Made by a program: the position numbers and the translations under genes. This document shows positions 1 through 8,956 of a DNA stretch of 64,000 nucleotides, piece by piece. Location of the stretch: contig JAXGPA010000005.1 in the NCBI GenBank assembly GCA_040767195.1, positions 1-64,000 on the forward strand. Direction: 5' to 3'. Each line of letters starts with the position of its first letter. Position 1 is the stretch's first letter. A model generated the notes under the pieces. The model made no database searches. It was given only the letters and a program-made list of their open reading frames with translations, and was not told the origin of the DNA. The DNA comes from Syntrophales bacterium. Lineage in GTDB: Bacteria > Desulfobacterota > Syntrophia > Syntrophales > UBA6807.

Positions 1-589
1 TCTTCATCCGCATCTTTTCGAGAATGTGGGTGCGATAGGTGCTGATCGTCTTGACGCTCAGGCACAGCTCGTCGGCGATGGCGGAAACCGTCTTGCCCGA
101 GGCGATCATGAGCATGACCTGGTACTCCCGGTCCGACAGGAGTTCATGGGGCGGCCGGGTCATGTCCGAGCCGAGAAACTCGGTGAGGCGTTCCCCCAGG
201 GTGGCGCTGATGTATTTCCCGCCCTCGGCGACTTTCCGGATGGCCGAGATGAGTTCGTTGGGGGCGCTGGCCTTGGTCAGGTAGCCCGAAGCCCCAGCCC
301 GGAGGGCCCGGATGGCATACTGCTCCTCGGGATACATGCTGAGAATCAGAACAGGCAGTTTCGGCAGTTCCTCTTTCAGCTCCTTGAGGACTTCCAGTCC
401 GCTCCGGCCCGGCATGGAGATATCCAGAAGGATGACATCGAGCTTCTTTTTCCGGACACAGGCCATGACCTCCTGGCCGTTTCCCGCTTCGTCGGTCACT
501 TCCATGTCGGGGGTGTCCGAGAGGACCTGCTTGAAGCCGGCCCGCACGATGGGATGGTCGTCGGCGATGAGGATGCGGATTTTCTTCAT
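1..589 (-). CDS. NarL/LuxR-family (UvrY-like) response regulator, 3' end beyond window edge
   Basis: Hand-translated from ATG 589 (not in the ORF track): MKKIRILIADDHPIVRAGFKQ...VILLDISMPGRSG...GYLTK...LSDREYQVMLMIASGKTVSAIADELCLSVKTISTYRTHILEKM. Receiver domain plus LuxR HTH; ATGA overlap with the kinase stop. Confidence 0.93.
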   Translation of the reverse strand, partial: MKKIRILIADDHPIVRAGFKQVLSDTPDMEVTDEAGNGQEVMACVRKKKLDVILLDISMPGRSGLEVLKELKEELPKLPVLILSMYPEEQYAIRALRAGASGYLTKASAPNELISAIRKVAEGGKYISATLGERLTEFLGSDMTRPPHELLSDREYQVMLMIASGKTVSAIADELCLSVKTISTYRTHILEKMRMK

Positions 590-2826
590 GGGGCTTCTCC
601 TGTGTTCTCATAGGGAATGCGGACGTTGACCGTGGTGCCTTTCCCCTTTTTTCCCGCGATCTTCACCTCGCCTCCCCAGTGAAACACCCGCTCCCGGATT
701 CCCAGAAGGCCGTAGGAATTCGGCTTGGCCATCTGCTCTTCCGTGATGCCCTTCCCGTTGTCCTTGACGGTGAGGCGGATTTCCCGTCCCGCCTTTTTCA
801 GGGAAACCTGGACCCGCTTGGCCTCGGCGTGGCGGGAGATGTTCGTCAGGGTTTCCTGGAAGATGCGGAAGACGGCCGTGGACAGGTCCGGGTCGAGTTC
901 CATGTCCTCGGGTTCCACGGTGACCCGGCAGGGGATTCCCGTCCGCTTGGAGAACTCGCTGGCCTGCCACTCGATGGCCACGGGAAGCCCCAGGTGATCG
1001 AGCATGCCCGGCCGGAGATCCATGTAGATCCGCTTGAGCGTATTCATGGTCATGTCGACGAGACCCGACATGGTGTCGACCCGTTCCCGGAGCTCCGGCT
1101 GTCCCTCGGGGATCCGGCGGTTCAGGAGGATGATGTCCGTGTTGAGGGCCGTGAGGAGCTGACCCAGTTCGTCGTGGAGTTCCCGGGCAATGCGGGTTCG
1201 CTCCTTCTCCCGGACGGACTGGAGGTGGGCGGAGAGGTTCCGCATCTCCTGGCGTGATCGTTCCAGTTCGTCCTTGGCCCGTTTCCGCTCGGTGATGTCC
1301 TCGTAAGTGATGACGATCCGCCTCTCCTGGAGGCTCTCTCCCGTCCGGGAGGCGCTGACGAGGCACTCGATGTCGGTCCCGTCCTTCCGGCGGCAGGGAA
1401 ATTCGATGCTGTGGGTGCGCTGGGCTTCCAGGGTGGAGTAGAGCTCCCGGGCGATAGCTTCCCAGTCCCTGTCGCTTCGATAGAAGACCCGGGTGGTGGC
1501 GCCGATGAGTTCCTCCGCCCGCCAGCCGAAGACGTGCTCGACCCCGTCGTTGGCAAAGATCACCCGGCGGTCCTGGAGCCCGATGACGGCATGGGGGATG
1601 GCCTCCAGGATCGAGGCCTCGAGGGCCTCCAGCTTGGCCAGTCTCTCCCGGGCCTCGATCTGCTCGGTGATGTCCATGGAATTGCCCAGTACGGCCCGGC
1701 GTTCCTTGTGGAGGATGAAGGTGACCGTTTCCATGATCCACCGGATTCGCCCGTCTTTCGTTATGATCCGGAACTCGTGGGGGGAAGTCCTCTCCCGGTG
1801 GAGCAACCGGTGGGCGTTTTCCTTCACCATGAGGCGGTCTTCCGGGTGGACGAGCTGCATGGAGTTCATGCCCGTGAGTTCCTTCTGGCTGTACCCGGCG
1901 TATCCGGCAGCGTTCTCGTTGACGAACTGGAAGACCCCGTCCTGGACGATGTAGACCCCCGCCTGGGAACTGTCGGCCATGGTCCGGTAGGCTTCCTCGG
2001 CGAGCTTTCGGTCCGTGATGTCCTCGAAGGTGATGACGATGTTTTTTTCCTTGAGGCTCTCGCCGATCCGGGAAGCGTTTATGAGGCACGCGATGTGGCG
2101 CCCGTCCTTCCGGCGGCAGGGGAACTCGATGCTGTGGGTGCTCCGGTTTTCCAGGGTGGAATAGAGTTCCCGGGCGATGGCCTCCCAGTCGCTGTCGCTC
2201 CGGTAAAGGACCCGGGTGGTGGCGCCGATCAACTCCTCCGCCCGCCAGCCGAAAACCCGTTCGACGCCGTCGTTGGCAAAGATGATGCGGCGGTTCTTGA
2301 GACCGATGACGGCATGGGGAATGGCCTCCAGGATCGACGCTTCGAGGGCTTCCAGCTCCGCCAGCTTGTCCCGGGCCTCGATCTGCTCGGTGATGTCCAT
2401 GGAGTTGCCCATGACGGCCCGGCGTCCCTTGTAGCGGATGGAAGTGATGACCTCGGTGATCCAGCGGATGTCGCCGCTTTTGGTGATGGTGCGGAACTCG
2501 TACGAGGAGGTCCGGTTGCCCCGGAGCATCTGGATGGCCGCCTGGCGGACCCGCTCCCGGTCCTCCGGGTGGACGAGACTCGTGGATTCCATGCCGATGA
2601 TTTCCTCCCGAGGGTATCCCCAGTAATCGGCGGCATGCTGGTTGACGAAACAGAACTTCCCGTCCTGGACGACGTAGATGCCCGCCCGCGAGGTGTGCTC
2701 CAGGGTCCGGTAGAGCCCTTCCACGAGGAGGCGGTCCGTTCCCGACGGGGCCAGTTTCTCGAGCTTCCTGCGCAATTGACCGATCTTGCGGACCAGTTGT
2801 TCCCTGCTTGTGGCCTTCTCCTGCAC
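586..2826 (-). CDS. Cytoplasmic multi-PAS sensor histidine kinase (HisKA_3, NarX/UhpB type)
   Basis: Four PAS/PAC segments (VHPEDRE..., DITE/DRK ends), H-box RIARELHDELGQ, N-box FQETLTNISRHA, DNGKG and GLLGIRER boxes; no transmembrane segment; GTG start with GGAGGT RBS. Confidence 0.93.
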   Translation of the reverse strand: MQEKATSREQLVRKIGQLRRKLEKLAPSGTDRLLVEGLYRTLEHTSRAGIYVVQDGKFCFVNQHAADYWGYPREEIIGMESTSLVHPEDRERVRQAAIQMLRGNRTSSYEFRTITKSGDIRWITEVITSIRYKGRRAVMGNSMDITEQIEARDKLAELEALEASILEAIPHAVIGLKNRRIIFANDGVERVFGWRAEELIGATTRVLYRSDSDWEAIARELYSTLENRSTHSIEFPCRRKDGRHIACLINASRIGESLKEKNIVITFEDITDRKLAEEAYRTMADSSQAGVYIVQDGVFQFVNENAAGYAGYSQKELTGMNSMQLVHPEDRLMVKENAHRLLHRERTSPHEFRIITKDGRIRWIMETVTFILHKERRAVLGNSMDITEQIEARERLAKLEALEASILEAIPHAVIGLQDRRVIFANDGVEHVFGWRAEELIGATTRVFYRSDRDWEAIARELYSTLEAQRTHSIEFPCRRKDGTDIECLVSASRTGESLQERRIVITYEDITERKRAKDELERSRQEMRNLSAHLQSVREKERTRIARELHDELGQLLTALNTDIILLNRRIPEGQPELRERVDTMSGLVDMTMNTLKRIYMDLRPGMLDHLGLPVAIEWQASEFSKRTGIPCRVTVEPEDMELDPDLSTAVFRIFQETLTNISRHAEAKRVQVSLKKAGREIRLTVKDNGKGITEEQMAKPNSYGLLGIRERVFHWGGEVKIAGKKGKGTTVNVRIPYENTGEAP

Positions 2827-2868
2827 CCTGACCTCCCGGGACGGCCCTCATTTGTGAAATTCTTAAAT

Positions 2869-2897
2869 TTTATAGCAAGTATGCCCCTCCGGCGCAA
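2869..2897 (-). promoter_or_regulatory. Putative sigma70 promoter of the kinase/regulator operon
   Basis: Minus strand TTGCGC-17 nt-TATAAA with extended TG, about 40 nt upstream of the GTG start. Confidence 0.5.
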
Positions 2898-3211
2898 GGA
2901 TCGAATGACCGGTCGATGCAGCTGGAATCAGGCGAACCTGAAAAAATGTCGGCTGGAAAGGACGGAGGGTTTGGTGAAATCCCCGGGGCAGCGGCAGGAA
3001 TCGGAGAACGGCGAAGATCGGGAATCCGGTTTCCCATGCTTTGTCGGAAATCCTGCCTTTGCCCCGGGGCCTGGGGCGACGAGGCCCACAGCGCATCGGT
3101 ACTTGAAGGAGGTAGTGTCCGTGACGGGATTTCCGAAGGGGGCTCTCGTCAGGCCGTCCGGTTCATTATTGTCGAGAAGGAGTTATGGCAGCAAATGGGA
3201 TCTTTTCTGTG

Positions 3212-3358
3212 TCAATAGCCTTCCCAGACCGCATCATGGAGACGTTCGATATGGAAATTCCGCTGTCTCCCGCGGGTCGTTCTTTTCATGCCGGCCTGCC
3301 GGGCCGCGGTTTCTTCTCTCTCCACCATCCAGCCTTTTCTGCCCTCTGTTGTTTTCAT
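3212..3358 (-). CDS. Small protein, paralog 3 (48 aa), unknown function
   Basis: Hand-translated MKTTEGRKGWMVEREETAARQAGMKRTTRGRQRNFHIERLHDAVWEGY*; AAGGAG 7 nt before ATG; C-terminus shared with the two ORFs at 3683-4104. Not in the ORF track. Confidence 0.75.
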   Translation of the reverse strand: MKTTEGRKGWMVEREETAARQAGMKRTTRGRQRNFHIERLHDAVWEGY

Positions 3359-3462
3359 GGATCGACTCCTTTCCTTTGGATCGAATGGTGTTCGTTTTAC
3401 GTCCCTTTACCCGTGGTGGTTCAGGCGGTCTCTCCGTCTTTTCCCGTCTGCCCTATGGCTGC

Positions 3463-3575
3463 ATATTACCGCTCTGAAATTATTGATACAATCAGAAAGG
3501 GTCTGAAAAAAGGATCGGATGGACGAACGGCTTTTCGCAAGACAAACGGCCTTCCGGGGATCGGTGTTTGTCCGA
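3463..3575 (-). promoter_or_regulatory. Promoter module A: sigma70 -35/-10 plus two 15-bp palindromic boxes
   Basis: Minus strand TTGTAT(3491-3486)-17-TAATAT(3468-3463); TCAGAAAGGGTCTGA 3492-3506 abuts the -35; TCGGTGTTTGTCCGA 3561-3575. Confidence 0.65.
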
Positions 3576-3682
3576 CGGCCTCCGCGGAGATCTTGCCTCC
3601 TGTGACGCCCGGTTTGCGTCCGGCTGTACGGCAGGCGGTCCGGCACCGGCGGGGCCGCGAAGCGAGCAAGGGTTGAAACCTG

Positions 3683-3859
3683 TTAAAAGCCCTCCCAGAC
3701 GGCGTCACGGAGGCCTTGGATGTTCAAACGCGCCGGCCTCCTGCCGTGTGTCCTCTTCCCGGTATCCTCCCGAGTGAAGAACCATTCCGTTTCCACGTTT
3801 TCCAGGCCGGCCCCTTCCCGACCGGTCACCTGTATCCTATTCCACTCCGTCCTTTTCAT
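3683..3859 (-). CDS. Small protein, paralog 2 (58 aa), unknown function
   Basis: MKRTEWNRIQVTGREGAGLENVETEWFFTREDTGKRTHGRRPARLNIQGLRDAVWEGF*; AAGGAG 7 nt before ATG 3859; aligns without gaps to paralog 1. Confidence 0.75.
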   Translation of the reverse strand: MKRTEWNRIQVTGREGAGLENVETEWFFTREDTGKRTHGRRPARLNIQGLRDAVWEGF

Positions 3860-3927
3860 GTCGCAGCTCCTTTCAGCCAGGTGCTCCCCGTTCCCGGAAG
3901 CCCAGGCATGACGAGGACCGTTGCCTC

Positions 3928-4104
3928 TCAATAGATGCCCCAGACAGTGTCGTGGAGAAAACCGACATTGAAATCCGCCTGCCTCTTGTGGACCGTTGTT
4001 TTCACCCCGGTCTTGAGCGCGAGGGTCCATTCCACTTTGCCGTGTCTCCTGCCGATCGCTTCCTGGTGGACCATCAATCCATCATGCCATTCCGGTCTTT
4101 TCAT
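3928..4104 (-). CDS. Small protein, paralog 1 (58 aa), unknown function
   Basis: MKRPEWHDGLMVHQEAIGRRHGKVEWTLALKTGVKTTVHKRQADFNVGFLHDTVWGIY*; AAGGAG 7 nt before ATG 4104. Confidence 0.75.
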   Translation of the reverse strand: MKRPEWHDGLMVHQEAIGRRHGKVEWTLALKTGVKTTVHKRQADFNVGFLHDTVWGIY

Positions 4105-4218
4105 GGCCCGTCTCCTTTGATTGTTTCGTTTATGTTTTCGAAGCCTCCCGCTCATGCTGCCGTTCAGGCGGCCCCGTCTTGTTTTTGTCTCTTCCTCTAT
4201 TTTCCTTCTGTTGGTCGT

Positions 4219-4331
4219 ATCTTACAGAGGCGATTTTGATGGTGCAATCGGGGAGGATCTGAAAAGCAGATCGGATGCGAAGACAACCGGCCGCAAGACA
4301 AAGGACCTTCCGGGGGTCGGTGTTTATCTGA
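4219..4331 (-). promoter_or_regulatory. Promoter module B, diverged copy of module A
   Basis: Minus strand TTGCAC(4247-4242)-17-TAAGAT(4224-4219); TCGGGGAGGATCTGA 4248-4262 abuts the -35; TCGGTGTTTATCTGA 4317-4331; same 69-nt box offset as module A. Confidence 0.65.
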
Positions 4332-4536
4332 TCGGTCTTTTCTCCGACAAAGGATATCCCGAAAGCGGGAAAGAAAGAGCGGGGAAGCGGACAGGGGAAA
4401 GCCGGCAAGGCGGAACCATCGGGCCAGGGCCTCCGGCGAGATATGGATTGATGAATTCATGAAAGATCTGGTAAGGTTTTCGTCGGCAAAGACCGTATCA
4501 AGGGGACCCCGCAATGATTTTTTGGAGAATCCTTCC

Positions 4537-6744
4537 ATGACGTCCACGACCGCCGGCGATCTGACCGTTCTCCAGGGCCAGATCGAAAGAGTGACGTACA
4601 CCAACGAGGAAAACGGGTACACCATCGCCCGGGTCAAGGTGTACGGGCGGCGGGATCTCGTCACGGTGATCGGGAACATGGTCAACCCCACCCCCGGCGA
4701 GATCGTCCGGATGGAGGGGGCCTGGGGAACCCACCCGAAATACGGCGAGCAGTTTCGAATCGTCCACTGCCGGAGCACGACCCCGGCCACGGTCCACGGC
4801 ATCGAGAAATACCTGGGATCGGGCCTCATCAAGGGGATCGGTCCCGTCATGGCCCGCCGGATCGTGAAGCGGTTCCGGGAGGAAACCCTGGATGTCATCG
4901 AGAAGGACATCGAACGGCTGGCCGAGGTCGACGGGGTCGGCGAAAAACGCATCGACATGATCCGGAGGGCCTGGGCGGAGCAGAAAGAGATCCGGGAAGT
5001 CATGGTTTTCCTCCAGTCCCACGGTGTCAGCACCGCCTACGGAGCGAAGATATACAAGCAGTATGGCCGGGACGCGATCTCGATTGTCCGGGAGAACCCC
5101 TACCGCCTCGCCGCGGACGTTTTCGGCATCGGTTTCGTCACCGCCGACCGGATCGCCGAGAAACTCGGGTTCGCCAGGGATTCGGACCTCCGGGCCCAGG
5201 CGGGCCTACTCTACGCACTCCATGAAATGGCCGACGAGGGACACGTATACGGCCCCTATGAGACCCTGGTAGAGAAATGCCGGGAGCTTCTCGGCATCGA
5301 CCGGGACGTGATCCTTCGGGCCCTGGCCGCCGCGGCCCTGGAGAAACAGGTGGTCATCGAGGACCTGAACGAAGACGGCCCGGAATTCCGGGAAAACCAC
5401 AAGGCGGTCTATCTCGCCGGGTATCACGTGGCGGAAACCAACGCCGCCGCCCGGCTCCGGGCCCTTCTCGACACCCCTCCGGCGGTTCGGAAGATCGACG
5501 CCGACAAGGCCCTCCCCTGGGTCCAGGAGAAGCTCTCCATCCGCCTGGCGGAAAAACAGGTCGCCGCGGTCCGGTGCGCTTCCGAGAACAAGATGATGGT
5601 CATCACCGGGGGGCCCGGGACGGGAAAAACCACGATCATCAACGCCGTTCTGAAACTATACTCCGCCGTGGGGACGAAAATCCTGCTTGCCGCCCCCACG
5701 GGAAGGGCGGCGAAGCGGATGAGCGAGACCACGGGGCAGGAGGCGAAGACCATACACCGTCTTCTCGAATACAACCTGAGAAAGGGGGGCTTTCAGAAAA
5801 ACGAGAACGCGCCCCTCGACGTGGATCTTCTCGTCATCGACGAGGCTTCCATGATCGACACGATCCTCATGCATCACCTCCTCAAGGCCGTTCCCGGAAG
5901 GGCCACCCTGATCCTCGTGGGGGACGTGAACCAGCTTCCGTCCGTCGGTGCCGGGAACGTCCTGAAGGACATCATCGATTCGGGTGTCGTCCCCGTCGTG
6001 GCGCTCAGTGAAATCTTCCGCCAGGCCCGGGAGAGCTCCATTATCGTCAACGCCCACCGGATCAACGGGGGGACCCTGCCCGTGTTCGAAAACGCCGGGG
6101 ACGGCCTCGACGATTTTTACTTCATCGAGCAGGAAGACCCGGAAAAGGTGCTGGAGATGATCATCCGTCTCGTCGGGGAGAGGATCCCGAAACGGTTCGG
6201 GCTCTCGCCGGTGACGGACATCCAGGTCTTGACCCCCATGCACCGGGGCACCGTCGGGGCGGCCAACCTGAATGTGGCGCTTCAGAAAGCGCTCAACCCC
6301 GGTGAAGGCGGGGTCACCCGGGGCGGAAACACTTTCCGGGTCGGTGACCGGGTCATGCAGATCGTGAACGACTATGACCGCGAGGTTTACAATGGGGACA
6401 TCGGGCGAATCATCGCCATCGACGGCGAGACCGCCGAAGTCACCGTGGTCATCGACGGCCGGGAGGTCGTTTACGATTTCTCCGATCTCGACGAGCTCGT
6501 TCTCGCCTATGCCGTGTCGGTCCACAAATCCCAGGGATCCGAGTACCCCGCCGTGGTGATCCCCGTCCTCACCCAGCACTACATCCTTCTCCAGAGAAAC
6601 CTTCTTTACACGGCGGTGACCCGGGGGAAAAGGCTCGTTATCCTGGTGGGAACGAAAAAGGCGGTGGCCATCGCCGTCCGGAACAACCGGACGGAAATGA
6701 GGTACACGGGGCTCAGAAGGAGGCTGGCGCGCCGCGAGCCTTGA
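4537..6744 (+). CDS. recD2: ATP-dependent RecD2 (RecD/TraA-like) SF1B helicase
   Basis: N-terminal OB/HhH region (YLGSGLIKGIGP, ENPYRLA), Walker A GGPGTGKT, DEASM, VGDVNQLPSVG, YAVSVHKSQGSE, LLYTAVTRGK; ATG 4537 has a GGAG RBS (ORF open from 4459). Confidence 0.93.
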   Translation: MTSTTAGDLTVLQGQIERVTYTNEENGYTIARVKVYGRRDLVTVIGNMVNPTPGEIVRMEGAWGTHPKYGEQFRIVHCRSTTPATVHGIEKYLGSGLIKGIGPVMARRIVKRFREETLDVIEKDIERLAEVDGVGEKRIDMIRRAWAEQKEIREVMVFLQSHGVSTAYGAKIYKQYGRDAISIVRENPYRLAADVFGIGFVTADRIAEKLGFARDSDLRAQAGLLYALHEMADEGHVYGPYETLVEKCRELLGIDRDVILRALAAAALEKQVVIEDLNEDGPEFRENHKAVYLAGYHVAETNAAARLRALLDTPPAVRKIDADKALPWVQEKLSIRLAEKQVAAVRCASENKMMVITGGPGTGKTTIINAVLKLYSAVGTKILLAAPTGRAAKRMSETTGQEAKTIHRLLEYNLRKGGFQKNENAPLDVDLLVIDEASMIDTILMHHLLKAVPGRATLILVGDVNQLPSVGAGNVLKDIIDSGVVPVVALSEIFRQARESSIIVNAHRINGGTLPVFENAGDGLDDFYFIEQEDPEKVLEMIIRLVGERIPKRFGLSPVTDIQVLTPMHRGTVGAANLNVALQKALNPGEGGVTRGGNTFRVGDRVMQIVNDYDREVYNGDIGRIIAIDGETAEVTVVIDGREVVYDFSDLDELVLAYAVSVHKSQGSEYPAVVIPVLTQHYILLQRNLLYTAVTRGKRLVILVGTKKAVAIAVRNNRTEMRYTGLRRRLARREP

Positions 6745-6888
6745 AAGGGGTGCCGGTTTTCAAAAGAAGACGATTGTTCATTTCGAAGGGGTGTGCTATT
6801 TAGGGGCCCGGTTTCGCCGGGGCCTTAACAGGGGCCGGCGGCGGCCGGGGGGCCCGCGAAGCGGGTCGCCGTCACAGGGAGAATCGGG

Positions 6889-7194
6889 TTGTTTGTCTTT
6901 GGACTGACCGTATCACTCATCGGCATGGGCACCGTTCTCTTCGCTCTGGTCCTTCTCATGGGGCTTATCAAGGCCCTGGGAAGGTTTGCGGCCCTCGCCG
7001 GGAAGGACACGCCTCCCGAGGTGGGGAAACGGCGAAGGAACCACCGGAAGCCGGCGGCCGAAACCCGGGAGCCGGTGGCTAAAGTCCAGGTAGCGGCAGA
7101 GGTGCAAAGGGGTGATGAAATCGAGGTCGTCATCGCGGCGGCCTTGGCGGCCTGCCTTCAGGAACCAAGGGAAAACGGTCGACCGGGGGTTTGA
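6889..7194 (+). CDS. OadG-family (gamma/delta) subunit of a Na+-translocating decarboxylase
   Basis: N-terminal TM helix with GMGTVLFAL, linker, C-terminal EVVIAAALAA; TTG start with GGGAG RBS; directly upstream of biotin carrier and beta subunit. Confidence 0.8.
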   Translation: MFVFGLTVSLIGMGTVLFALVLLMGLIKALGRFAALAGKDTPPEVGKRRRNHRKPAAETREPVAKVQVAAEVQRGDEIEVVIAAALAACLQEPRENGRPGV

Positions 7195-7298
7195 AGAAAA
7201 CAGGTTTTCCCGGGGACAGGAGGACCATAACGGGTCAGGCCGGACTCACCCCGACGAAAGAATGAGGCCGACGGCCGGAAAGGGCGGAGCAGACCGTC

Positions 7299-7655
7299 AT
7301 GAGAAAATTCCGCATTCATCTGAATGGAAAGACCTACGAGGTCGCCGTGGAGGAAATCGGCGGCGCCGAAAGTGAGGCCGGGCGTTCGGGGAAACCCTAC
7401 CAGGCGGCTCCCGTGACGCTCGTTCCCGGTGCCGTGCCGGGCGATGAGATCATCACGACGCCCATGCCCGGGAAAATTTTGAACATTCACGTGGAGGTGG
7501 GTCAGAAAGTCGTGGAAGGGGATCTCATCCTGTCCATGGAGGCCATGAAGATGCAAAGCGACATTTTCTGCGGCCGGGCCGGCACGGTGAAGAAAATCGC
7601 CGTTCAGGAAGGGGATTCCGTCAATGCCGGCGACGTGATGGCGATCATCGGTTAA
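7299..7655 (+). CDS. Biotin carboxyl carrier subunit of a Na+-translocating decarboxylase
   Basis: Biotinylation motif EAMKM; N-terminal FRIHLNGKTYEVAVEE; PMPGKI. Confidence 0.92.
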   Translation: MRKFRIHLNGKTYEVAVEEIGGAESEAGRSGKPYQAAPVTLVPGAVPGDEIITTPMPGKILNIHVEVGQKVVEGDLILSMEAMKMQSDIFCGRAGTVKKIAVQEGDSVNAGDVMAIIG

Positions 7656-7670
7656 GAGGAGTCGGTTTTC

Positions 7671-8846
7671 GTGGAAATCAACCTGGTCAAGATCCTCCAG
7701 GACCTGTGGATGAGCACCGGGTTCGTCACCGTATCCCCTGCCCAGATCGTCATGCTGTCCGTTTCGTTCCTTCTTCTGTACCTGGCCATCGTCAAGGGCT
7801 TCGAGCCCCTTCTTCTCGTTCCCATCGCTTTCGGCATGCTTCTCGCGAACCTGCCCGGGACGGGGCTCATGGCACCGCCGTCGGTGACCATCGACCCGGC
7901 GACGGGCGCCGAGAAGACCGCCCTGGGGGGGCTTCTGTGGTACCTCTACCAGGGGGTGAAACTGGGGATTTACCCGCCCCTCATCTTTCTCGGCGTCGGG
8001 GCCATGACGGATTTCGGTCCCCTCATCGCCAACCCCAAGACGCTTCTTTTGGGCGCGGCGGCCCAGCTCGGCATATTCGGAACCTTCATGGGGGCCCTGG
8101 GCCTCGGGTTCACCGTTCAGGAGGCCTCCTCCATCGGCATCATCGGCGGGGCCGACGGGCCGACGGCCATCTTCCTCACCGCCCGGCTGGCGCCTCACCT
8201 TCTCGGGGCCGTCGCCGTCGCGGCGTATTCCTACATGGCCCTCGTCCCCATCATCCAGCCTCCCATCATGAGGCTCATGACGACGAAGAAGATGCGCCTC
8301 GTCGTCATGGATCAGCTTCGGCCCGTTTCAAAAACCGAGCGGGTCGTTTTTCCCGTTGCCGTGACCGTCATCGTTTCCCTCCTGGTTCCCGATGCGGCGC
8401 CTCTCGTGGGCATGCTCATGCTGGGAAACCTTTTTCGGGAATCGGGGGTGGTGAGGCGGCTGAGCGAGACGTCCCAGAACGCCCTGATCAATATCGTGAC
8501 GATTTTTCTGGGCCTCACGGTGGGGGCCACGGCGAATGCCGGCGTTTTCCTGTCCCTTGAGACCATACTCATCATCCTTCTCGGAATGGCCGCCTTCTGC
8601 GTGGGAACGGCGGGGGGCGTTTTCTTCGGGGTCGTCATGTATTTCGCCACGGGGGGCAAGGTGAACCCCCTCATCGGGTCGGCGGGCGTGTCCGCCGTTC
8701 CCATGGCCGCCCGGGTCTCCCAGGTCGTGGGACAGAGGGAAAACCCCCGTAACTTTCTTCTCATGCATGCCATGGGTCCCAACGTGGCCGGCGTGATCGG
8801 TTCGGCCATCGCCGCCGGCGTCATGCTCGCCATGTTCAAGATTTAG
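7671..8846 (+). CDS. oadB: Na+-translocating decarboxylase beta subunit (OadB/GcdB/MmdB family)
   Basis: [63 protein letters not shown]. Confidence 0.95.
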   Translation: MEINLVKILQDLWMSTGFVTVSPAQIVMLSVSFLLLYLAIVKGFEPLLLVPIAFGMLLANLPGTGLMAPPSVTIDPATGAEKTALGGLLWYLYQGVKLGIYPPLIFLGVGAMTDFGPLIANPKTLLLGAAAQLGIFGTFMGALGLGFTVQEASSIGIIGGADGPTAIFLTARLAPHLLGAVAVAAYSYMALVPIIQPPIMRLMTTKKMRLVVMDQLRPVSKTERVVFPVAVTVIVSLLVPDAAPLVGMLMLGNLFRESGVVRRLSETSQNALINIVTIFLGLTVGATANAGVFLSLETILIILLGMAAFCVGTAGGVFFGVVMYFATGGKVNPLIGSAGVSAVPMAARVSQVVGQRENPRNFLLMHAMGPNVAGVIGSAIAAGVMLAMFKI

Positions 8847-8956
8847 CGTGGCGGATCGGTCATCCGGTGACGGGGGTCCGCCTTCAGGGGGCTCGTTCCT
8901 TGACGGCGGGGGCTTTATTTGATGAACTCGTAAAAGCCAAAAAATGTTCAGTTATC

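Noticed and set aside
608..3477. Long alternative-frame and antisense ORFs over the kinase (608-2851, 1411-3477)
   Set aside because: Shadow ORFs expected in GC-rich coding DNA; low-complexity or antisense-type composition with no motifs.
3212..4104. Small ORFs as RiPP precursors
   Set aside because: No modifying enzyme, peptidase or exporter is nearby, and conservation lies mainly at the C-terminus, not in a leader. Kept only as an unsupported possibility.
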